A stretch of DNA of 63,602 nt, filler included, from Octopus bimaculoides (GCF_001194135.2; 4 parts of 4 records of this genome joined end to end with filler, not necessarily neighbours in it), one strand, 5' to 3'; positions 25,195 through 37,634 are shown, numbered from the whole stretch's first letter. Made by a program: numbers and translations. The notes: a model not told the origin generated them from the letters alone.

Positions 25195-27632
25195 AATAAN
25201 NNNNNNNNNNNNNNNNNNNNNNNNNNNNNNNNNNNNNNNNNNNNNNNNNNNNNNNNNNNNNNNNNNNNNNNNNNNNNNNNNNNNNNNNNNNNNNNNNNNN
25301 NNNNNNNNNNNNNNNNNNNNNNNNNNNNNNNNNNNNNNNNNNNNNNNNNNNNNNNNNNNNNNNNNNNNNNNNNNNNNNNNNNNNNNNNNNNNNNNNNNNN
25401 NNNNNNNNNNNNNNNNNNNNNNNNNNNNNNNNNNNNNNNNNNNNNNNNNNNNNNNNNNNNNNNNNNNNNNNNNNNNNNNNNNNNNNNNNNNNNNNNNNNN
25501 NNNNNNNNNNNNNNNNNNNNNNNNNNNNNNNNNNNNNNNNNNNNNNNNNNNNNNNNNNNNNNNNNNNNNNNNNNNNNNNNNNNNNNNNNNNNNNNNNNNN
25601 NNNNNNNNNNNNNNNNNNNNNNNNNNNNNNNNNNNNNNNNNNNNNNNNNNNNNNNNNNNNNNNNNNNNNNNNNNNNNNNNNNNNNNNNNNNNNNNNNNNN
25701 NNNNNNNNNNNNNNNNNNNNNNNNNNNNNNNNNNNNNNNNNNNNNNNNNNNNNNNNNNNNNNNNNNNNNNNNNNNNNNNNNNNNNNNNNNNNNNNNNNNN
25801 NNNNNNNNNNNNNNNNNNNNNNNNNNNNNNNNNNNNNNNNNNNNNNNNNNNNNNNNNNNNNNNNNNNNNNNNNNNNNNNNNNNNNNNNNNNNNNNNNNNN
25901 NNNNNNNNNNNNNNNNNNNNNNNNNNNNNNNNNNNNNNNNNNNNNNNNNNNNNNNNNNNNNNNNNNNNNNNNNNNNNGGAGATAGTTAGAGACTGAAAAT
26001 AAGAGAAAGAGAGAGAGGGAGAGAGAGGAGGAGAGAGAGGGAGAGAGAGGAGGAGAGAGAGAGAGACATTTATAATAATATGTAAACACGCTTTGTGGGA
26101 TTGAACGCTATCAGGTTTCCTTCCAAATGGGAACATTTCCTGGAGCAAAAGAGCTCACAGAAGAACATTTGGAGAAAATAATTACAAAATCGTATGTCAC
26201 TCTTAAAGCAATATAACATTTACCCCCGTGCTTTCAAAATATTTTACTGATTACATGGAAACTTTATCTGAGTGCGATCTCACTTTAGGTGCATTTAATA
26301 CGAGAGAAGGGGTTAACTAGTTGAAGATGAAGCTTATTGTGGCAAAAGAAAAAAGGTACCGTGATCTCATTATATATATATTTGCTTATAAGAAGGTAAT
26401 CAAATTGTTAATTTGCCAAGTTCTATCTCATAATAAATGTCATCAAAATAAATGGTAGTTTAAGGATGTCTTTAGGCAAGATATTTTCATTTACTCAACA
26501 GGAAAATATTCAAAATATTCAGGCAGTATTACTGGAGCCCTATAGAAGTCAATTATACTTCGCATGTCAAGTTTGATTTCAGGTACTGCTAGTAAAAGGA
26601 TTTCACCATTTTTCTGTACTCTTCAACATTTACATAATTACAAAAGGAACAGAGAACGAACACTAACAAAATGTGAGAGATCAAATTAAAGAGATTTGAA
26701 AATAATTGCAGATTGGACAGCTCAAACAAACCAGATCTGGGGAAATAAGATGGAGGGGCTTTATCCAGCGGTCGTAGAATAATAGATGATTTGATAAATG
26801 GATTAAAGCGATAACAAAAAGTCATGACATTTAGTACACTGTCGTTTTTCATTAAGAATATCACAGCTATCGATTCATCAAGTTACAGAAGTCTTATGTT
26901 AAATTCTTTTCTAACATAACTCTTAGTAATTATATAATAAAAAATAAGATTTAAATATTAGAATATCAAAAAGATAAATAAATAAATAGATAAAAATAAC
27001 GTTCAAATATTAAGATTGTAAGTTTTTGAGGTTTACATCTTCGCTTAGAAATAAATGAACATGACAGTATTAGCACGTTTTCGAAAAATAAATTCTCAAG
27101 CAAGGAAATTTTATAAAGAAATATATAATAACAAATAAAAATTGATCAAACCCTTTATTCAGCCACGATATTTTCTGTGTACGACATACGTTTGGCATAA
27201 CATTATTTCAAAAATTGGCTGGCTAGCTACCAATTAACCAGTCGCGTATGTAGTCCTTCAAGGACAACTAGTAATATTTATTTACATTTAATATTTTAAA
27301 TTGATTAACATAAAATTGTTTGGATCTTTTACAAAACTTCAGCAGTATTTAACTGGTGATAATTTTCAAGCATACACAATTATACAAATATGTCGTTAAG
27401 TGTTTCCACTAACTTTGGCCTGATCAGTGAATATCTACATTGCAATTAGGTCATGTTTCTATACATATGTATTATACATTTTACATTAGGATATATAGGC
27501 ATCTTTCTCAAATGTTTTTGTGTATGTGATTATCTATGATTGCATTAAATATGCACGTATTACTATTGTATTATGTGTGTGTGCGTGTGTGCACGTGCGC
27601 ATATGTCTGTGTATGTGAATGTATGTATATAC

Positions 27633-27681
<49 letters not shown>

Positions 27682-28034
27682 NNNNNNNNNNNNNNNNNNN
27701 NNNNNNNNNNNNNNNNNNNNNNNNNNNNNNNNNNNNNNNNNNNNNNNNNNNNNNNNNNNNNNNNNNNNNNNNNNNNNNNNNNNNNNNNNNNNNNNNNNNN
27801 NNNNNNNNNNNNNNNNNNNNNNNNNNNNNNNNNNNNNNNNNNNNNNNNNNNNNNNNNNNNNNNNNNNNNNNNNNNNNNNNNNNNNNNNNNNNNNNNNNNN
27901 NNNNNNNNNNNNNNNNNNNNNNNNNNNNNNNNNNNNNNNNNNNNNNNNNNNNNNNNNNNNNNNNNNNNNNNNNNNNNNNNNNNNNNNNNNNNNNNNNNNN
28001 NNNNNNNNNNNNNNNNNNNNNNNNNNNNNNNNNN

Positions 28035-28068
<34 letters not shown>

Positions 28069-28096
28069 TATACATATATATATGTAGGCATCTGTA

Positions 28097-28130
<34 letters not shown>

Positions 28131-28808
28131 AATTCAAACATATTTATGTGCCCGAAGCTAGGAAATAGTATCCAGGATATAATGTAGAGTATATATTTGT
28201 AGATGAGCGGTTACTAAGAGCTTTGTGGACACAAGGTAAATCGTCGAGCTCAGTATATGTGACTTGAAAGGCAGGTCATTGTTAATCGTTGAATAACCAA
28301 CAACGACCTATAAGGACCTACCGATCGGGCTGCATGTGGCTCAAAGTCATGGCAAATACCAAATGATTAGACTTGATTTTTGTATGTAGACATTAGCATT
28401 TACAAATGTTCATGTACAAATATATACATATGTTTATGTGTGTGTGTGCATGTGTATGTATTACGCATGTGTGCGCTGATGCGTATATGTGTGTTTGTTT
28501 GTGTGCATTATCTATATATATAAACATATATGTATTGTTGAATGTAAGTAAACGCACATCGTAATGTGGTGAAACTGCATCAAATGTTAGCATAAAGTTT
28601 CTCCACTTTCCCCACTTTCAATTCTTTTTCTCTCTCTGTCGCTCGCTCTCTCTCTCTTTATATATATATATAAATATATATATATAAACACACATACATA
28701 TTTACACGTACATAGATGCATGCATGCATGCATCCATCCATCCATACAAACATACATACATACATACATGTATAGGAATATTCAGTTTCACGTCGATTAG
28801 GACATTAT

Positions 28809-31800
28809 TTAAGTCTGTTGTGGCTGTTTTGTTGTTTTTTCTGGTTCTTTTTTCAGATTTAATGGCGCACTATCTTCAATCTGTCCATTTATTAAATTTA
28901 GCGGAGTATAGATTGGGCCTGTAACCAAGAATTTAGTTACAGTATGATTTGATAAAGGATTCATCATGTTAGATACACAATGAGTTTCATTTTTACATGA
29001 TATGCAACATCTGCTGCCATTCACGTTGCAAGAAGGGACAATTTTTTCAGATAATTTAGGCGCCTTGCCATTACTTTTGTGACCACTGCAGAATTCTTTG
29101 CCTTTAACTTCAATTTTCAATGAAAGTGGTTCTGTTTGCTCAGGATAGAACTTATAAGGTGAACCATTTCTATTTGAAGACATCGATTTCATTTGCTCTT
29201 TACAGTGTTGTTGGCACCTCTCTCCATGATGTAAAGATTGCTTCATCATGTGACAATGTTGATGTTGATGTTGATGCTGGTTGTGTATATACTGCTGCCT
29301 ATGTTTGAATTCTTGTTCTTGGTGTTGCTGGTAATGTTGTTTCTGATGTGATTGCTTGCGTTGCTGCTTATGTTGATGTAAATTGTGTTGATGTTGCTGG
29401 TGATGGTGTTGCAGTTGTTCCATTACTTGTTCTTTTTCTTGTGTTTTCAAATATTCTTTTTGTAATTCTTCTTGTCGTTCCAAAAGACTTTTCTGGTGTT
29501 CACAAAGATGGTCTGTCTGTTGCACTATTCTTGATCGATATTGTTGTTTTAGTTTTTGTTCAGCTGTTCTTTGTGATTTCACTAACTGAGGTTGTGGTAC
29601 ATGAACTGGCGGTACTCGAATTAATGTAGGCTTTGGCAAGGGTTTTGAAACAAGAGGCATCAGTGGTGGTAGGGATAGGTTTTTTAGATTTGTAGATGTT
29701 TGATGTGATGTTAAAGGAACAGTTGTTGGCGTCACTTGCATTGTTTCAGTTATATGGCATTGTTTTGAGAGTTTACTGTTCTTTCGTGAAGATGCCCTGC
29801 TTTGATGCTCCTGGTTTCGTTCTTGTACAGTCGGCAACGGAGTAGGAAGCGAAGCAGGCAAAGGTGAAAGGTGTGGGGATCGAACTGGTGATAGGTGTGT
29901 GGAAGGCATACACAGCTGATCAGGAGAGGATATGGACAATTTTTCAGATGAATGGACAAGCATTTTATCATTTGGTTGCAGAAACAATTGATCAGGTGAC
30001 GCGACTGGACTCTGGTCGGGTGATGGCATAGGAGATTGTTGAGGGGATGCTGGCTGTAGTTGCTGAGGGGATGCATGCTGTAAGAACTTGGGAGATATCT
30101 GTTCTTGGTGTTTGGGAGATGCTTGCTGCAAACATGTTGAGGATTGCTGCAAGAATCTAGTAGATGACTGGTGCATATGTCTTGGAGATGACTGTTGCAC
30201 ATGTCTGGGAGATGTTTGCTGGACATGTCTGGGAGATGATTGTTTTATATGTCGAGAAGATGACTGCATGTGTTTTGGTGAAGACTGTTGCATATGTCTG
30301 GGAGATGACTGCTGTATGTGTCTGGGTGATGATTGTTGTACATGTTTGGGAGACATTTGTTGAACATGTCTGGGGGAAGTTTGCTGTAAATGTCCTGGAG
30401 GTGATTGCCGTATATTTCTGGGGGATGACTGTTGTAAATGTCGAGAAGATGTCTGCTCAAAACGTTTTGGTGATGCTCTTTGTAGCTGTTGTGGTAAATC
30501 TCGTGGCAAGCTTTGTGGAGAGTCCCATTGCAAATGATGAGCTGACTCTAATTGCATATGATGGGAGGATATTTGTTGAATATGTTGAGGTGATTTTGCT
30601 TGTACAAGTCTTGGTGATTCTTTTTTCACCTTTAGAGGTGATCTTTGCTGCATGTTGTGACATAGTAATTGTTGAACCGGTTGAGAACTTTCTTGTATTT
30701 TATGAGGTGATTCATGTTGAAAATGTTGGTATGATTTGTCATCGAAATGTTGAGGTAAATCCTGTTCTAAATGTTGTCGTGGAGAAAGCTTCATATGTTG
30801 TACTGACTTTTGTTGCATGAGCAATGGACATTCCTGTTGCATCTTTTCTTGGGTATATGGTGACTCTGGTTCCATATATGGAGAAGGTTTGGATTCAATG
30901 GGCTGAACAGTCTTTTGCTGAGCAGTTTCAGGTACACATTGCTGAAAACCTTGAGACGAGTCAATTTGATTGGGAACAGGCAAGTTTTGCTGAATTGTCG
31001 CAGGTGAATCTTGTTGAACTGGTACAGGTGAGTCTTGGTGAACAGCCTCCAAAGAATTTTCATGAACAGTTTCAGGTGAATTTTGCTGCATGCTTTTTGG
31101 TGTATCTTGTGATTGTAGTGGGTTGTGTTGTATTGTTCCATGGGAAATCTGATGGACGTGTTCAGGGGAAACTGTTGGGATATGTTCTGAAGAATCTTGT
31201 ACGTTAGGTTTAGATGCATCTTTGTGTATGCGATCTGGTAAATCTTGTTGCGTGTGCTCTAAGGAATCTTTGGGGGACTGTTCTAGTGAGTCTTGCTGTA
31301 CCTTGTCACGTGTATCTTGCTGAATAGACTCAGGAGAACCTTGTTGCATGGTTTCTTGTATTTCTTGTTGGGGTTGTTCTGTTATGCCTTGCTGAATGTC
31401 TTGAGATAATTCTTGCTCGGAGTTTTCTTGTAGAATGTGTTCAGGAGAGTTTTGTCGGATGTGTTCAGGTAAATGTGGTTGGACGTCTTCAGTTAAGACT
31501 TGTGGGATGTGTTCAGGTGAGTTTTGTTGAATATGGCCAGGTAAATCTGGTTGAGTCGGTTCAGGAGAATCTTGCTGGCTGTGTTCAGGAGTTCCTTGTT
31601 GGATGTGTTCAGGAGTTCCTTGTTGGATGTGTTCAGGAGTGTCTTGTTGGATGTGTTCAGGAGTGTCTTGTTGGATGTGTTTAGAAGCGTTTTCTTGGAT
31701 ATGTTCTGGAGTGTCTTGTTGAATGTGTTCAGGAGTGTCTTGTTGGATTTGTTCAAGAGAGTTTTCTTGGATGTGTTCAGGAGAGTTTTCTTGGATGTGT

Positions 31801-32609
31801 TCAGGAGTATCTTGATGAATTTGTTCTGGAGAGTTTTGTTGAGTGTGTTCAGGAGAGCTTTGTTGGATATGTTCAGGAGAGCTTTGTTGGATGTGTTCAG
31901 GAGAATCTTGTTGAGGCTGTTCCAGAGAGTCATGCTGAATCTGTTCAGGAGAGTCTTCTTGCATATGTTCAAGATAGTCTTCTTTCATGTGTTCAGTAGA
32001 CTCGCGTTGGATAGTTTCAGGAGATTCTTGCTCGATGTCTTCTGGTGGCTGATCTTGCACATGTTCACATGAATGCTGAGGCACATTTTCAGGTAAATCT
32101 TCTTGCATGTCTTCAACTAAATCTTGCTGAAGATGTTCTAGTGAAACCTGTTCAATGTGTCTTGGAGAATCTTGTGGAATATGTTCTGATACTATCTGTT
32201 CACAGTTTCTAGTAGAGTCTGGTTGCATCTCTACTGATAGATCCTGCTGGGTGTGTTCATTTATGTTCGGTAATATACTTTTAGTTGATTCATTTAGCAC
32301 AGTCTCTAAAGAATTTGCTTCTGGGGTTTTTGATATCGTTTGCTGTAAATATTGGGAAGAAGCAGGTAACAATGGTAGAGGTGATACTGATTCTCCCTTG
32401 GGAGGATTTATTGTCTCTGAATTATTGTTTTGAATATTTTCTTCTTCATGATTTAATTCAGCGAATGTGACTGATTTGTGAATGGTTTCATCTATGCCCT
32501 TACAGCATTCAGGAACGGACACTTCTTCATTTAAATTTGTTACCATTTCTATTTTTCGTTTCTTAATTGGTTCATATGAAACTGAATAAAATAATCGAAG
32601 TGGACCTTT
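28809..32609 (-). CDS. BMI1: Terminal coding exon of BMI1/PCGF2-4/Psc-like Polycomb group protein (end of RAWUL, NLS and ~1,250-aa disordered tail)
   Basis: The acceptor tttttttctattaccag at 32610 opens KGPLRLFYSVSYEPIKKRKIE (cf. human BMI1 NGPLPLKYRVRPTCKRMK). This is in frame with the 1245-aa ORF from 32546, giving 1266 codons to TAA. The symbol marks the closest human family member, which is co-orthologous with PCGF2. Confidence 0.92.
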   Translation of the reverse strand, partial: KGPLRLFYSVSYEPIKKRKIEMVTNLNEEVSVPECCKGIDETIHKSVTFAELNHEEENIQNNNSETINPPKGESVSPLPLLPASSQYLQQTISKTPEANSLETVLNESTKSILPNINEHTQQDLSVEMQPDSTRNCEQIVSEHIPQDSPRHIEQVSLEHLQQDLVEDMQEDLPENVPQHSCEHVQDQPPEDIEQESPETIQRESTEHMKEDYLEHMQEDSPEQIQHDSLEQPQQDSPEHIQQSSPEHIQQSSPEHTQQNSPEQIHQDTPEHIQENSPEHIQENSLEQIQQDTPEHIQQDTPEHIQENASKHIQQDTPEHIQQDTPEHIQQGTPEHIQQGTPEHSQQDSPEPTQPDLPGHIQQNSPEHIPQVLTEDVQPHLPEHIRQNSPEHILQENSEQELSQDIQQGITEQPQQEIQETMQQGSPESIQQDTRDKVQQDSLEQSPKDSLEHTQQDLPDRIHKDASKPNVQDSSEHIPTVSPEHVHQISHGTIQHNPLQSQDTPKSMQQNSPETVHENSLEAVHQDSPVPVQQDSPATIQQNLPVPNQIDSSQGFQQCVPETAQQKTVQPIESKPSPYMEPESPYTQEKMQQECPLLMQQKSVQHMKLSPRQHLEQDLPQHFDDKSYQHFQHESPHKIQESSQPVQQLLCHNMQQRSPLKVKKESPRLVQAKSPQHIQQISSHHMQLESAHHLQWDSPQSLPRDLPQQLQRASPKRFEQTSSRHLQQSSPRNIRQSPPGHLQQTSPRHVQQMSPKHVQQSSPRHIQQSSPRHMQQSSPKHMQSSSRHIKQSSPRHVQQTSPRHVQQSSPRHMHQSSTRFLQQSSTCLQQASPKHQEQISPKFLQHASPQQLQPASPQQSPMPSPDQSPVASPDQLFLQPNDKMLVHSSEKLSISSPDQLCMPSTHLSPVRSPHLSPLPASLPTPLPTVQERNQEHQSRASSRKNSKLSKQCHITETMQVTPTTVPLTSHQTSTNLKNLSLPPLMPLVSKPLPKPTLIRVPPVHVPQPQLVKSQRTAEQKLKQQYRSRIVQQTDHLCEHQKSLLERQEELQKEYLKTQEKEQVMEQLQHHHQQHQHNLHQHKQQRKQSHQKQHYQQHQEQEFKHRQQYIHNQHQHQHQHCHMMKQSLHHGERCQQHCKEQMKSMSSNRNGSPYKFYPEQTEPLSLKIEVKGKEFCSGHKSNGKAPKLSEKIVPSCNVNGSRCCISCKNETHCVSNMMNPLSNHTVTKFLVTGPIYTPLNLINGQIEDSAPLNLKKEPEKTTKQPQQT
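30039..32249 (-). repeat. Coding 24-bp (8-aa) degenerate tandem repeat, consensus QQxSPxH(I/V/M)
   Basis: Octad register runs from about ORF aa 100 to 836 (roughly 90 units, occasional 7-aa units). The best-conserved blocks are QQDTPEHI (31425-31913) and QQSSPRHV (30087-30482). Confidence 0.9.
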
Positions 32610-33072
32610 CTGGTAATAGAAAAAAATATTAAATAATTTGTGAATAAATAGATAACAATTATAGGAATAGTAAATTAAGTATTATAATTCAGAGAAATCG
32701 GGAATGAAAGTAAAAATGCAATACAATAAACTTATTTGGTGGAAGAGCCATTTAGTTATTTAAAATTATACAAAACTCGATACATTCACTTCTAGCTAAT
32801 TTCTTGAAGTATCAAATCTTTTATTACACTTCTGTGACCAGGTCATTTACACTACTGTTTTAAGTTCGATGAATTGTTTAACCAGCTTGTAGAGGAGTTG
32901 TGTCAGTGACCATGTCATAGAAGTGCGACGAAAATGTTGAAACCTCAAGAAATAAATGAAACTGAATATAACAGATTTTGTGTAGCCTATCCACGTAATT
33001 GCTTCAGCTTTATATTACGATCTCATATCAAGTGACTTTGCTAGATAAATACAACACTGAAAAATCACTTAC

Positions 33073-33153
33073 CCTTTTCCACATGTAAATATAAGCGATG
33101 TCTATTAATGTGTAAGTGTCAACAAGAGGCTCATCCGTGTGATAAATTTCAAT
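33073..33153 (-). CDS. BMI1: BMI1/Psc-like internal exon (RAWUL)
   Basis: An 81-bp exon bounded by tag and gtaagt encodes IEIYHTDEPLVDTYTLIDIAYIYMWKR (human [27 protein letters not shown]). Length and phase 0-0 are the same as human. Confidence 0.95.
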
Positions 33154-33857
33154 CTAAGCGTAGGAAAAGAAAGGCAACTTAGTTGTAATTCTTAATTGCA
33201 ATTAGAACAATAAGACGTAATAAGTGGTAATTTTACTAATGGACTCTATTCAATAAATTTAATTTGTGAGAATGAAAATTTACATTATTTTTATGTTACA
33301 ACAAAAGTTTTTTTTTTTTTTTTGTAAACATGCCTTTAATATACATACATATGATATAATACTGATACATTTATAAACATGCATTTATACATGTCTTACA
33401 AGAGAAAACGACCCTAATGCGGTACAGACATATTGAATATAGCACAGGTAAATTGTAAACTTGTTTTTATACATATAGTGTGTAACAAGAGAAGACGTTA
33501 CTGTCTTCTGAATCAGGACTGATATATTTATAAACATGTTTTTATACATATTATGTGTTGCCATAAAAGGCACGAGAATTACTCTAATATTATACTGTAT
33601 TATATACGTACCTTTATAGATATAATATGATACTATAAAATATTTAGTATTTAGAAGCTAATCGTATATAGCTGTTGAAAGCTAACATCAAAAAATTCTC
33701 AGACCAAGCTACTTTAGGTGATATATTAAATGAATGAATGTCTATGGCGGTAATAATGCGGCATGTACAATATCTAGGATGCAGAAATAATTCTTAAATT
33801 CATTTTTACTAAAATTACAGAACGTTGAGAGGTTCTGAAAAAAATCAAAAACCAGAC

Positions 33858-33956
33858 CTGGTATTTTTCAGGAAGAGAATGCTTTATTCGAATAAATCTT
33901 TTGATATGCTTAACTGGAAACGTAGCAGGACATGACAGAAATCGGCGGTCTTCGGG
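33858..33956 (-). CDS. BMI1: BMI1/Psc-like internal exon (RAWUL)
   Basis: A 99-bp exon (tag / gtctgg) encodes PEDRRFLSCPATFPVKHIKRFIRIKHSLPEKYQ (human [33 protein letters not shown], also 33 aa). Confidence 0.93.
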
Positions 33957-34109
33957 CTAAGAAAAGAGAAATACACCAATATATTTTAACGAGCTGGTTC
34001 AAAATATCGTTAGGATTATAAAACACAAATAAAAATAGGAAGATTCGATTAGAAAGACAGAAAGATGGGGCTGGAGTGGAAGATAAAATAGAAATAAAGA
34101 AAATCATAG

Positions 34110-34285
34110 GAATGTAAACCGGCCATATTCAGCCCCAAATTTTCTACTTGTTTTATGTTCAAACTGGCCAGATCTGGCTTCTCACACCGACTTAACAATG
34201 TCATTGTGAAAATCAACAATCACAACTCCAAGACAATGCATGATTCATTCAAATCAATGTATTACATTTGACAGAGTAATCAGAA
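34110..34285. mobile_element. Diverged non-autonomous octopus repeat (MITE-like), intronic
   Basis: AAACCGGCCATATTCAGCCCCAAAT...GTTCAAACTGGCCAGATCTGG...ATTACATTTGACAGAGTAATC recalls a common Octopus MITE, from memory only. The termini are eroded. Confidence 0.4.
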
Positions 34286-35240
34286 AAGTTGTGGAAGCTG
34301 TAGTGCTATCAAGAGACACATAATACCGAAGCGGGTAAAGGAAATGTTTGCATTAACAGAAATTTGCAGATAGAGATTAAAAAAAANNNNNNNNNNNNNN
34401 NNNNNNNNNNNNNNNNNNNNNNNNNNNNNNNNNNNNNNNNNNNNNNNNNNNNNNNNNNNNNNNNNNNNNNNNNNNNNNNNNNNNNNNNNNNNNNNNNNNN
34501 NNNNNNNNNNNNNNNNNNNNNNNNNNNNNNNNNNNNNNNNNNNNNNNNNNNNNNNNNNNNNNNNNNNNNNNNNNNNNNNNNNNNNNNNNNNNNNNNNNNN
34601 NNNNNNNNNNNNNNNNNNNNNNNNNNNNNNNNNNNNNNNNNNNNNNNNNNNNNNNNNNNNNNNNNNNNNNNNNNNNNNNNNNNNNNNNNNNNNNNNNNNN
34701 NNNNNNNNNNNNNNNNNNNNNNNNNNNNNNNNNNNNNNNNNNNNNNNNNNNNNNNNNNNNNNNNNNNNNNNNNNNNNNNNNNNNNNNNNNNNNNNNNNNN
34801 NNNNNNNNNNNNNNNNNNNNNNNNNNNNNNNNNNNNNNNNNNNNNNNNNNNNNNNNNNNNNNNNNNNNNNNNNNNNNNNNNNNNNNNNNNNNNNNNNNNN
34901 NNNNNNNNNNNNNNNNNNNNNNNNNNNNNNNNNNNNNNNNNNNNNNNNNNNNNNNNNNNNNNNNNNNNNNNNNNNNNNNNNNNNNNNNNNNNNNNNNNNN
35001 NNNNNNNNNNNNNNNNNNNNNNNNNNNNNNNNNNNNNNNNNNNNNNNNNNNNNNNNNNNNNNNNNNNNNNNNNNNNNNNNNNNNNNNNNNNNNNNNNNNN
35101 NNNNNNNNNNNNNNNNNNNNNNNNNNNNNNNNNNNNNNNNNNNNNNNNNNNNNNNNNNNNTATATATATATATATATATATGCATATAGGTGTGTGTGTG
35201 TGCGTGTGTGAGTGCGTGTTTGTGTGTGCATATATCTTAC

Positions 35241-35289
35241 CTGTCTAGTATCTGATAGAGGATCAAAGTCCACATCAGGAGGTTGCCCG
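35241..35289 (-). CDS. BMI1: BMI1/Psc-like short linker exon
   Basis: A 49-bp exon (tttgcag / gtaaga) of phase 2-0 encodes (N)GQPPDVDFDPLSDTRQ. It restores frame between the flanking exons as the 46-bp human exon does. Confidence 0.85.
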
Positions 35290-35652
35290 CTGCAAAATAA
35301 ATCAATGTGTTTCAATGAGAGAAGAAAATTGGTCTTCTAGAAATTATTTAATAAACAGCTGCTTATAAATTAAAGAAAATATACATGAAAGATAAACTCT
35401 TATTTTGCCTTGCTATCTCTACATACATACATACATACATTCATACATACATACTTACATACATACATACATACATACATGCAAAATAGCTTGTTGTTGA
35501 TGTTGAAATTCCAATGAAGGAGATAGGATCTAGATTAGAAAGCGATTCTTTCTCTATTGGCAAGAAATCTTGAAATAAACTGAATAATGACATACATACA
35601 TATGTATATATATATATTTATGTATGTATATATTTATATATTTATGTGTGTG

Positions 35653-36527
<875 letters not shown>

Positions 36528-36535
36528 ATACATAT

Positions 36536-36576
<41 letters not shown>

Positions 36577-36876
36577 NNNNNNNNNNNNNNNNNNNNNNNN
36601 NNNNNNNNNNNNNNNNNNNNNNNNNNNNNNNNNNNNNNNNNNNNNNNNNNNNNNNNNNNNNNNNNNNNNNNNNNNNNNNNNNNNATATATATCAATGTAA
36701 GATCCAAGGATCGAGGTGTAGGAAGAAAGTATGCTTCAAGTAATCCGTAGAAAATATGAAACACAACTTTCAGGAACAATAGCGCTTTACTGTGGATTTT
36801 TCCCTTATCGAAGGGAAAAAATTATTCTACATTTCATGCTTGGCAGCCAGTTTTGCCAGGTATGCGAATAAAAATC

Positions 36877-37045
36877 CAAGCGTTAAGGAATGGAGGAGAT
36901 AAAATTCAGATTACAAAAGTTTCATAGCGAGCAGAACCTCGGTTGTGGTAAATATCCAAGCGAAGTGTATTTACCACTATCGCGGTTCCGCTCGCTATGA
37001 AATATATGTAACACGGATTTTATCTTCTCCATTCCTTAACTCTTG
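36877..37045. repeat. Imperfect foldback hairpin (~78-bp arms, 13-nt loop)
   Basis: CAAGCGTTAAGGAATGGAGGAGATAAAAT...GTGGTAAATA is complementary to TATTTACCAC...ATTTTATCTTCTCCATTCCTTAACTCTTG. Confidence 0.8.
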
Positions 37046-37046
37046 A

Positions 37047-37107
<61 letters not shown>

Positions 37108-37589
37108 CGCGCCAGTGTGTATTCTTTTATATGTTTCAGCCCTAGGGCTGTTGCCATACTGGGGAACCGCATTAATGGGTGGGGATCTCAGTGATCATGG
37201 TTATCAACTCAGTCGCACGCCAGTGTATATTTGGCTGACATGGTACTTAGGGAGAATACTGAAGAATATTTCTTGTCTCTCCCGGTCAGTAGGTCAGTTA
37301 CAGTGATCCTAACTTTGTTAAATGATCGTAGGTTTCTCAGTCGCTCCAATTTCTGTACATACCACAGATACATCTTTCGATAATTCATGAAACCCGACGA
37401 GATGGCCAGTAATAAAGTATTTTAAACAGCAAACAGTTATAAAATATCACATCATATCTAATACATTGCGTGCGAATAAATTACCATTCTAATAAAGCAT
37501 GCGTAGATGAATTGAATGAATTGAACCGACGTCTATGTTATATTAATCTTCATTTATTCTACATACATATTGTATACACAAACACACAC

Positions 37590-37634
<45 letters not shown>

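Noticed and set aside
31425-31913. Regular direct repeats resembling a CRISPR array
   Set aside because: The units are contiguous 24-bp coding repeats with no unique spacers and no cas genes, in a eukaryotic exon.
29120-32470. Plus-strand and alternate-frame ORFs over the long exon (e.g. 30164-30820, 31551-32072, Cys-rich 30088-30363)
   Set aside because: They are shadows of the 24-bp coding repeat. The minus-strand frame is the one spliced to the RAWUL exons.
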